The notes beneath the pieces were generated by a model. It searched no databases, was not told the origin of the DNA, and saw only the letters and a list, made by a program, of their open reading frames with translations. Source: Chthoniobacteraceae bacterium (GTDB taxonomy: Bacteria; Verrucomicrobiota; Verrucomicrobiia; Chthoniobacterales; Chthoniobacteraceae). Taken from it: a stretch of 24,793 bases of DNA. Both the position numbers and the translations under genes were made by a program. Position 1 is the first letter of the stretch; each line of letters opens with the position of its first letter. The DNA is taken from the NCBI GenBank assembly GCA_031409335.1, contig JANNWY010000258.1, positions 1 through 24,793 on the forward strand, given 5' to 3'. This document shows, one piece after another, positions 17,656-24,793 of the stretch.

Positions 17656-19431
17656 ATGGGTTTCCTAGCACCAGAATTCATCCTCTTCGACTGCTTCACC
17701 GGCGCGCATCGGCTGGTGGACAAGACGCCTTTCAAGATCGGCAGCGGGGATGATTGCGACTGGCGCATCGACGATCCCGCGGTCGCGGCGGAGCACTGCC
17801 TCATTCAGCGGAAAGGGCGCGCGTATTCCATCCTGCCTGCGAATGGGTCCGGGGTGGTGCTGCTCGATGGCAGTGCGAGTCCGGGCACGTGGCTTTCCAC
17901 GGATCAAGATCACACGCTCGTCATCGGCGCGCACTTTTTCGCGCTGCACGGCGCGAGCGATCCGCAGGCGTGGCTTGCCGGGATGGATCACGGGAGCTGG
18001 TACATTTACGATCGCGCCACCGACGTAAAATCCGGCCCGTGCGCGCTGCACGAGCTGGCCGGGCACCTAGCCGAGCTGCCCCGCATCGATGATCAAACTT
18101 TGGTGCTCTGCCGCGGCCTGAAAACAATGGGGTTTTATGCCGACCACGTCCTGTCCGCGCTCCCGCATCCGACCGCGCTCGCAATCGGGGATGTGCCGGG
18201 CGTTGATGAGGGCGCGGTGCCGGTCAATTCGGAATATGGCGAATTCACCTGCCCGGTTTGCTGGCTGAAATTCGACCGTGGCGATGCGATGAACATTGCC
18301 GTCCACGCGACTCTGCGCGGCGATCCGATGCTCGGCGAGGCCCACATGCTGCGTTTTCACGCGACCCGTTTCAATGACCGCAGCCAGGCTGTGGACGCGC
18401 TGGGAATCCCCGCACCCGAACTGGCGTGCCCGCACTGCCGCCGCAAATTGCCGCCCGGTTTTCTCGATCTGCCCCATCACATTTTCTCGATCGTGGGCGC
18501 GCCGTCGTCGGGAAAATCCTACTACCTCAGCGTGCTGCTGAAGATGCTGCAGGGCGCGCTTTACCAGCATTTCGGCGTCACCTTTCGCGATGCTGATCCG
18601 TCGGAAAACGTCATCCTCAATCAGATGAAGACGCAACTCTTCTCCGCCGCGACGCCCGAGGAAGCGCTGCTCGCGAAGACGGAACTCGAAGGCGCGATGT
18701 ACGAAACGCTCCCGCGCCTGGGGCGAAAGGTGCGGCTGCCAAAACCGTTCATCTTCAATCTCACCAGCACGCACGATCCGGAGCAGGATTTTTCGGTCGT
18801 CTTCTACGACAACGCGGGTGAGCACTTCGAGCCGACGCGCAACAGCGCGGATTCGCCCGGCGCGCAACACATCGCCGCCGCATCGGGAATTTTCTTTTTG
18901 TTCGACCCGCTGCACAACGCCGAATTTCGCAAGCGGCTCACCGGCATCGCCGATCCACAACTCGCCGCGCGCCGGCTCGATCAGCAGGATGTCATCCTCG
19001 CCGAAACCGAGGTGCGGATCAAAAGTCTGCTCGGCCTCGATTCGCGGCAGCGCATCGTCACGCCGTTCGCGGTGATCATCGGGAAAAGCGATACGTGGAG
19101 CCATCTGGTGGTCGGTTTTGAAATGCGTGAAGCGGTGCGCGACGGCCATCTCGACATCGCGGCCGTGCGCGCGAACTCCGCCAAATTGCGCGCATTCCTC
19201 CTCGGAGTCTGCCCGGCCATCGTCGCAAATGCGGAGGCGATTTCGTCCGAAGTGATGTATTTCGCCGCCAGCCCGCTCGGCGCGTCGCCAGTGGAATTCA
19301 CCGATTCGCGCGGTGTGAAAATGATCGGCCCCGATCCGCAGCGACTGGATCCGCGGCATGTGGAAACCCCAACGCTCTGGGTGCTTTCCCGCGTCGCGCC
19401 ACTCATGGTTCCGACGCGCGATGGAGCCTGA
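17656..19431 (+). CDS. FHA + GYF-like + Zn-binding + TRAFAC-clade GTPase protein
   Basis: FHA-like KIGSGDDCDWRIDDPAVAAEHC; GYF_2-like WYIY..GP..EL..TLV; CPVC and CPHC; G1 GAPSSGKS, G3 YDNAGE, G4 GKSD. Confidence 0.8.
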   Translation: MGFLAPEFILFDCFTGAHRLVDKTPFKIGSGDDCDWRIDDPAVAAEHCLIQRKGRAYSILPANGSGVVLLDGSASPGTWLSTDQDHTLVIGAHFFALHGASDPQAWLAGMDHGSWYIYDRATDVKSGPCALHELAGHLAELPRIDDQTLVLCRGLKTMGFYADHVLSALPHPTALAIGDVPGVDEGAVPVNSEYGEFTCPVCWLKFDRGDAMNIAVHATLRGDPMLGEAHMLRFHATRFNDRSQAVDALGIPAPELACPHCRRKLPPGFLDLPHHIFSIVGAPSSGKSYYLSVLLKMLQGALYQHFGVTFRDADPSENVILNQMKTQLFSAATPEEALLAKTELEGAMYETLPRLGRKVRLPKPFIFNLTSTHDPEQDFSVVFYDNAGEHFEPTRNSADSPGAQHIAAASGIFFLFDPLHNAEFRKRLTGIADPQLAARRLDQQDVILAETEVRIKSLLGLDSRQRIVTPFAVIIGKSDTWSHLVVGFEMREAVRDGHLDIAAVRANSAKLRAFLLGVCPAIVANAEAISSEVMYFAASPLGASPVEFTDSRGVKMIGPDPQRLDPRHVETPTLWVLSRVAPLMVPTRDGA

Positions 19432-19514
19432 TGCCAAAGCCTCGTCTCATTCTGGGTTCGCTGTTCGTTGTTGAATACCGAGTGTTGGCTGTCGGATGCT
19501 GTTCCACCGATCCC

Positions 19515-20402
19515 ATGAAATCACCGAGCCGCTCCCCGATCAACCGCCGCACTGTCCTGAAGGGCATGGCCGCCAGCGCGGCGCTCGCTTTCCACTCGCG
19601 CGCCGCGGATGACACCGCGCCTTTCCGCGTGAAAAACGGGCGCATCAAACAATCCGTCATCCCGTGGTGCTTCAACCCGATGCCGCCGGAAGAACTCGCG
19701 CAGCACGCGGCGAAGCTCGGCCTCGCGTCCGTCGAACTCATCGACCCGAAACACTGGCCGCTGCTCAAGTCGCTTGGGATGACGTGTGCGCTCGCGGGCT
19801 CGCACGGCTTCGCCAAAGGATTTGCGCACACCGAGGAGCACGATGAATGCGTGAAGACGTTGCGCGATCGCATCGTCGAGTGCGCGGCAGCGGGCATTCC
19901 GAGCGTGATCACTTTTTCGGGTTTCCGCCGCGCCCTCAGCACGGATGAAGGGCAGGCGAATATGATCGCCGGCCTGAAAAAGATCGTCCCATTCGCCGAG
20001 GAAAAAGGCGTCACCATTTGCCTCGAAATGCTGAACTCCCGCGTCGCCACGACGATGAAAGGGCACCCGGATTATTTCTGCGACGACATCGAGCGCAGCG
20101 TGGAAATCTGCCGCGCCATTGGCTCCGAGCGCATGAAAGTCCTATTCGACATTTACCACGTCCAGATCATGCACGGCGACGTGATCGCGCGCATCAAACA
20201 GCACGCGCCCTTCATCGGCCACATCCACACCGCCGGCGTGCCGGGCCGCGGCGAAATCGACGATACGCAGGAGCTCAACTACCCGCCGATCATGCAGGCG
20301 CTGATCGACGTTGGCTACAAAGGTTACGTCGGCCAGGAATTCATCCCCGTGCGCGACAAGATCGCGTCGCTCACGGAAGCGGTGCGGCTTTGCGATGTGT
20401 GA
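19515..20402 (+). CDS. Hydroxypyruvate isomerase-family TIM-barrel protein with Tat signal
   Basis: NRRTVLK Tat motif, CLEMLNS, LFDIYHVQIM, HTAGVPGRGE and GQEF. Confidence 0.9.
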   Translation: MKSPSRSPINRRTVLKGMAASAALAFHSRAADDTAPFRVKNGRIKQSVIPWCFNPMPPEELAQHAAKLGLASVELIDPKHWPLLKSLGMTCALAGSHGFAKGFAHTEEHDECVKTLRDRIVECAAAGIPSVITFSGFRRALSTDEGQANMIAGLKKIVPFAEEKGVTICLEMLNSRVATTMKGHPDYFCDDIERSVEICRAIGSERMKVLFDIYHVQIMHGDVIARIKQHAPFIGHIHTAGVPGRGEIDDTQELNYPPIMQALIDVGYKGYVGQEFIPVRDKIASLTEAVRLCDV

Positions 20403-20435
20403 TCGAGCGGAACACCCGCACGTGGCCCGGACACG

Positions 20436-20467
20436 AAAAAGCCCGACGATTTGAAACTGTCGGGCTT
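20436..20467. terminator. Intrinsic terminator-like hairpin
   Basis: aagcccgac / gtcgggctt 9-bp stem. The A-run on the left gives a U-tract on the minus strand. Lies between convergent genes. Confidence 0.6.
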
Positions 20468-20493
20468 GATTCGAAAAGTAGCGATGGAGATTG

Positions 20494-20637
20494 CCGCGGA
20501 CGAAACGGAGGACGCGGAAAACGCGGATGAGGAAGAGGTAGCGTTCCGTGTTGCCGGGAGGGCGTCGTTCACCCATCGGGTGAGTAGCTCAAGGTTCGCA
20601 ATCTCTGCGTGCTCCGTGTCTTTCGCGTCGTCCGCGG
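20494..20637. repeat. Inverted element built from 9-bp periodic arms
   Basis: Left arm ccgcgga-cgaaacgga-ggacgcgga-aaacgcgga (20494-20527). The reverse complement of the right arm (20601-20637) reads ccgcgga-cgacgcgaa-agacacgga-gcacgcaga. Confidence 0.8.
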
Positions 20638-20765
20638 TTCCCATCGCCGAATCTAGGGTGATTCGTTCGCGATGCTCTACTGCCCGTCATCACAAAGTGT
20701 GATTCCTGGGTCATCCATTTTCAGCGTTTGATGCCCCGCAGAATAACTCCCGCACTGGGTGCCGT

Positions 20766-20875
20766 AGTAGCGCAGCCGCCCCGGCTGGCGGACGTCCCGC
20801 GGGCGCCCCGCCCGCCAGAACGTCCGGCAGGCGAGGCGCCCGCGGGACTTTGGCCGGCGAGGCGCCGACCCTACT
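20766..20875. repeat. GTAG-type REP doublet (REPIN-like) with nested palindromes
   Basis: Starts agtag and ends ctact. Inner arms 20794-20816 and 20826-20848 are 21/23 reverse-complementary. Confidence 0.75.
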
Positions 20876-21034
20876 TGCGGCCGCGCTTTGCCGACGAGAC
20901 TCCCTTTTGCCCGTCACCACAAAGTGGCCATTCCTGTACCTTCCATTCTCACAGTTTGTGACGACTGAGAGCATAGCGGGAGACTGCGGGATTGGGAGGG
21001 CCGCCGATGTGCGGTCCAGAAGATTGCCTGGATC

Positions 21035-22267
21035 TCACGGTTCCGCAGCCACTCTTGGCTGAGGTTCCGCGTGGGGCAGGGGAGTTGGCGACTTTGCCAT
21101 CGCCATCGCCCACCCAGCCTGCCGGGTATCCGCCTCCATTCGCTCAAGACGTTCACGCATGATTTCGGAAGCCGTCGCGATCGCCTGGCGCGTGAGGATG
21201 TGAAAGTGATCCTCGTTGAAGCGATCGGCGTTCTCACGGATCTCAGCGGCATTCCACGCGATCTTTTCCGCGCGCTGCAAGGCATCCTGCAGCGCTTCGG
21301 CCGTGCGCTCGTGAAAGAAACATCCCGTTTTCCCCTCGATCACCGTCTCCAGCGCTCCGCCGCGCGCATAAGCGATCACCGGTTTCCCCGCGGCCTGCGC
21401 CTCGACCGGCGCAATCCCGAAATCTTCCTCCGCGGGAAAAATGAGACCACGCGACCGCTGCACCAGATGCTGCACGTCGTCATCACTCAGCCAGCCTTTG
21501 AACGTGATGGTGGGCCCGGCCATTTCCTCCAGCCGTTTCCGATCCGGTCCTTCGCCCACGACGATGAGTTTCCTCCCCGTCCGGCTGCACGCGAGCACCG
21601 CCCGGTCGATCGCTTTGTACGCACTCAGCCGGGATACCACGATGTAATGTCCATCGTGATCCGGTGTCGGCGTGAACCGGTCGAGTTGCACCGGTGGATG
21701 GATGACCGTCGCATCCCGTTTGTAGATCGACTGAATCCGCCTGCGCACCGCCTCCGAATTCGCCACGACCACATCGAATTTCTGCGCCGCCGCGAAGTCC
21801 ACGCGCCGCATCCACGGCACAAACAGGCGCACGCCCACGTTGGCGAGCGGCACCCTCACTTCCGAGTCCACATATTCCTCGCCGGACTGCCACAGGAAGC
21901 GCGTCGGATTGTGGCAATAGAGGACCGACGCGGTCGTTGGAGAAAAGCGAATGCACTTTGCAAACGTGCTGGCGCTCACCCACAGGCTGGCGGTTTCGAT
22001 CGGTTTGAAGGCTCGAAACGCGAGCGGATAAAACGGGAAATACTTCTTAAACTGCGTCTCAATGCACGGCAGCCGCTGCATCCACGACGGCCGCAATTTG
22101 GCCGACCGGAATTCCGGCAGCAGCGTATCCCGACGCACCGCGCTCGTGTAGAGCGGCGCATCCGGATATTTCCGCACCATCGACGCGACGACACGCTCGG
22201 CTCCCCCCATCTGGATGAGATAATCATGAGCCAGAGCCATCTCCCCGATTTGATTTACAAAAGGCAT
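21035..22267 (-). CDS. GT4 family glycosyltransferase
   Basis: HDYLIQMGGAERV, YCHNPTR, VSRLSAYK and EEDFGIAPVEAQAAGKPVIAY. Purine-rich AGAGG RBS before ATG 22267. Confidence 0.93.
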   Translation of the reverse strand: MPFVNQIGEMALAHDYLIQMGGAERVVASMVRKYPDAPLYTSAVRRDTLLPEFRSAKLRPSWMQRLPCIETQFKKYFPFYPLAFRAFKPIETASLWVSASTFAKCIRFSPTTASVLYCHNPTRFLWQSGEEYVDSEVRVPLANVGVRLFVPWMRRVDFAAAQKFDVVVANSEAVRRRIQSIYKRDATVIHPPVQLDRFTPTPDHDGHYIVVSRLSAYKAIDRAVLACSRTGRKLIVVGEGPDRKRLEEMAGPTITFKGWLSDDDVQHLVQRSRGLIFPAEEDFGIAPVEAQAAGKPVIAYARGGALETVIEGKTGCFFHERTAEALQDALQRAEKIAWNAAEIRENADRFNEDHFHILTRQAIATASEIMRERLERMEADTRQAGWAMAMAKSPTPLPHAEPQPRVAAEP

Positions 22268-22344
22268 CGTATTTCCTCTCTTATGTTTGACGGACCTGTG
22301 TGTATCCGAACACATAAAAGACGCAATAGTAATTCTGGCGATAG

Positions 22345-22564
22345 CCCGGAGGGCTGATGGAAATTAGCCGGTGGTGGAGCGAGTCCGCGAGCGGGAACCA
22401 CCGGATCTCGGAGTAAAATGCGACCCGCCCTGGCAGGGACGCTGGAAATTCGGGAGCCAACTTCCGCCGCCCCTGCCGGGGCGGGTGCCATTTGGCCGCC
22501 GGAGTCCGGGGGTTGCGCTCGCGGACTCGCTTCACCCCCGGCTAATTTCCGCTGTCCCTCCGGG
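22345..22564. repeat. 220-bp composite palindromic (REPIN-like) element
   Basis: About 60-bp outer arms beginning cccggaggg..ggaaattagccgg and ending ccggctaatttcc..ccctccggg, plus inner arms 22425-22448/22462-22485. Confidence 0.85.
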
Positions 22565-22695
22565 ACGACAGATTTTCATGCACCACATTTAACCACACCC
22601 GCTTTCTTGTGTGGGACGATTTGATGTCGGCCGCATCGTAACTTTTCCGTCTGTTCGTCTTGCTCCCAAGTTGTACTTGTAGTGTGGTGGTATGG

Positions 22696-22771
22696 AGTGG
22701 TTGCAAGTGGTTGATTTTACTCTGTAGTGCGCTACGTTAGTGCAGTAACTTACTGCACCTACTGCACTACA
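22696..22771. promoter_or_regulatory. Integrase att-arm-like region with IHF consensus site
   Basis: caagtggttgatt (22704-22716) matches YAANNNNTTGATW. Palindrome gtgcagtaa-c-ttactgcac (22740-22758), tactgcac repeated at 22751 and 22760, and tgtagtgc/gcactaca inverted pair. Confidence 0.6.
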
Positions 22772-22774
22772 ATT

Positions 22775-23809
22775 ATGGCCTCCATTTATCGCAAAGACAA
22801 ATCTCCATTCTGGTTCATTCAGTTCATTGATGGCGACGGCATACGCCGCAACAAATCAACCGGCCTGCGGGCGGATGATCCAGCCGAAACCGTCAAGGCT
22901 CGAACGCTTCGCGCGCAAATGGAAGCGAAGGAACTCAATCGCACTGCCGGTGAAATCAGCGGCAGCGGTTGGGAAAGCTGGGTGCCGCAATATTTGGAAC
23001 GGCACTGCAAGAGTCAGCGGACGAAGGAATGCTATGCCGGTCATTGGTCGTGGCTGTCGTTCTGGCTGCAAGAAAAGCACTACCACACGCCGCGTGCGAT
23101 CACTTACCGCAACGCGCTTGAATACATCGACTGGCGCACATCTTACAAAAAAAGGACCGGCAAAACGGCGGGACGCAACACGGCGATTATGGAACTGCGG
23201 CTGTTCGCCATGCTGATGGGAGAAGCAGTGCGGCTCGGTCATGCCGACGCCAATCCGCTAATGAGCCTCAAGGTGCGGCAAGACAAGCCCGCGAAAAAGC
23301 CGGAACTCACCGACGTTGAAATCGGCGAAATTCGGGAAGCTGTAAAAACGGAAAAGGAGTGGATTCGGACGGCCTTTGAAATTTCGCTGCACACGGGCTG
23401 CCGACTTCGCGAAACGCGCATTCCGTTGGACTGCATTGATTTTGTGGAAAACAAAATCACCTTCCCGTCGCCAAAGGGCGGCGAGGCTCGGGCGTTCTCC
23501 GTCCCGATGCCAACGGCATTGCGGCCCCTGTTTGAATCGCTGCGCGATGCAGGGAAGAAATTCACGCTGGAATTCCCATTCCAGCCGTCGCGCCGTTTGC
23601 GGGAGTTCTTCGTGAAAATCAAAAAGCCGCATGTGTGCTTCCACTGCCTGCGCGTTACTTACGTTAATAGGCTGCGCCGCGCTGGCGTTCCCCGCGAAGC
23701 GGCGATGCGGTTGGTGAATCATTCCTCTCAATTGGTTCATCAAATCTACCAGCGGGAAAAAGTTGCTGACGTAGAAAAATACCGCGACGCGGTTCAGTTC
23801 GCAGCGTAA
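22775..23809 (+). CDS. Tyrosine recombinase / phage-type integrase
   Basis: N-terminal arm-binding-like MASIYRK..W..F..G.RRNKSTG. Catalytic R (TGCR), K (SPKG), HCLR, H (NHSS) and Y (QIY). Confidence 0.93.
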   Translation: MASIYRKDKSPFWFIQFIDGDGIRRNKSTGLRADDPAETVKARTLRAQMEAKELNRTAGEISGSGWESWVPQYLERHCKSQRTKECYAGHWSWLSFWLQEKHYHTPRAITYRNALEYIDWRTSYKKRTGKTAGRNTAIMELRLFAMLMGEAVRLGHADANPLMSLKVRQDKPAKKPELTDVEIGEIREAVKTEKEWIRTAFEISLHTGCRLRETRIPLDCIDFVENKITFPSPKGGEARAFSVPMPTALRPLFESLRDAGKKFTLEFPFQPSRRLREFFVKIKKPHVCFHCLRVTYVNRLRRAGVPREAAMRLVNHSSQLVHQIYQREKVADVEKYRDAVQFAA

Positions 23810-23891
23810 TCTAGTGAGAACGCTTGTCTGTCTAATTGCATAGTGTTAAACCCGCGATAGTTACAGTTGAATGAAAGGAGCGGTTGGCTTT

Positions 23892-24365
23892 ATGAAAAGA
23901 AAGGTTAAAGTAGCGAAGCCCAAGATTCCTCCTCTCCTCGCCGGTGTGGCAGGTGAGTATTTCGTGGCGGCGGAACTTTCAAGGCGCGGACACATAGCCT
24001 CCATTTCCCTCCGAAATACGCGGGGCATCGACATCCTTGCAACCAATGAAAATGCCTCTCGGTCCATCACAATCCAATGCAAGACCAATCAACTTGGACT
24101 CAAAAACTGGGTGCTTAATGAGAAGAGCGAACGCTACCATGCCGAAAATCATTACTATGTTTTCGTCGCGCTCGGAGCACCCGACCAACGCCCAAGTTAC
24201 CATATCGTTCCGAGCGAGGCCGTCGCCAAGCACGCCACTACATTCCATCAGCAGTGGCTTGACACACCAGGCCGTAAGGGCCAGCAGCATGTGGACAATT
24301 CCATGCGCAAGTTCAACGACGCGAATGACGATTACCTTGAACGTTGGGATTTGCTCGGTCTTTAG
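23892..24365 (+). CDS. Small PD-(D/E)XK-fold nuclease-like protein
   Basis: G..GEYFVAAELSRRG, IDIL and IQCK match the E...D...(Q/E)xK restriction-endonuclease-fold pattern. AAGGAG RBS upstream. Confidence 0.7.
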   Translation: MKRKVKVAKPKIPPLLAGVAGEYFVAAELSRRGHIASISLRNTRGIDILATNENASRSITIQCKTNQLGLKNWVLNEKSERYHAENHYYVFVALGAPDQRPSYHIVPSEAVAKHATTFHQQWLDTPGRKGQQHVDNSMRKFNDANDDYLERWDLLGL

Positions 24366-24430
24366 TTCAACCGGAGTCCAGAGGTTGCAACCTCTGACGC
24401 GCGGGATTTTTCTTTGGGACCTCGCGCGAC

Positions 24431-24653
24431 TTAGAGCCGCCTCTCTTTAGCGGGGTCTGGCAAAAGGTCTTCCCCTAATCCGGCTCTCACTTTGTTCTGA
24501 TAATGTGCTGCCTTGGCGAATTGCAGCATGGTTTGACCAAATGGGTTATCAAAATGTTGCTCTGGATATACGGGGTTGCCCGGCGGAATATCTTTTTCGG
24601 TGAGGTAGCCTTTGTGAAGCATGTAAGCAAGAAACGTTACAGCACCTTCAAAA
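24431..24653 (-). pseudogene. 3' part of a hypothetical gene interrupted by the IS
   Basis: The frame stays open upstream of ATG 24622 (..FEGAVTFLAYMLHKGY..) up to the IS end at 24654. Confidence 0.5.
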
Positions 24654-24793
24654 TGAGGTGGACCCCGAAAATCGGGCCAGAGGTTAAGCTATAAAATGGC
24701 GGTGGGAGCGCGTGTAAAAACGCAGCATAAAACCACCGAAAATGAAGAGCAAACGCAAGCGGCATGAAGCCGCATTCAAAGCCCGGGTCGCCC
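24654..24793 (+). mobile_element. IS3-family insertion sequence, left end (partial)
   Basis: IRL-like TGAGGTGGACCCCGAAAATCGGGCCA starting with TG at 24654, followed by the OrfA start. Confidence 0.8.
24742..24793 (+). CDS. IS3-family transposase OrfA, N-terminus (partial)
   Basis: MKSKRKRHEAAFKARVA matches the typical R-x-H/Y-x-x-x-F-K-A-x-V-A start of IS3 OrfA. Confidence 0.8.
   Translation, partial: MKSKRKRHEAAFKARVA

Noticed and set aside
22570..22770. tRNA or tmRNA integration target next to the integrase
   Set aside because: No T-loop (GTTCGA) or cloverleaf pattern was found on either strand.

Overview
GC-rich bacterial DNA. The gene content (STK/ECF pair, H-X9-DG-type protein, Tat-exported dioxygenase and TIM-barrel proteins, FGE-domain protein) and the repeat types point to a PVC-superphylum organism, probably Verrucomicrobia; this is inference. 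About 20 CDS: secreted alpha/beta-hydrolase-like protein, rhomboid protease, SRPBCC, ECF sigma plus membrane Ser/Thr kinase, SGNH hydrolase, two GT4 glycosyltransferases (one a double-domain fusion), FGE-domain protein, intradiol dioxygenase, sugar ABC binding protein, RibD-like protein, LPG-synthase TM protein, two TIM-barrel epimerases, and an FHA/GYF-like/Zn/TRAFAC-GTPase protein. The left end is a decayed, rearranged zone: duplicated gene tail, possible attC half-site, and helicase and nucleotidyltransferase remnants. The right end begins a lower-GC integrative element: att-like region with an IHF site, tyrosine integrase, PD-(D/E)XK nuclease, and a gene cut by an IS3-family element. The window is rich in palindromic and short-period repeats, two of which lie in-frame inside proteins. 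No rRNA, tRNA or CRISPR array was seen. All protein calls come from motif recognition by eye; no database searches were run.
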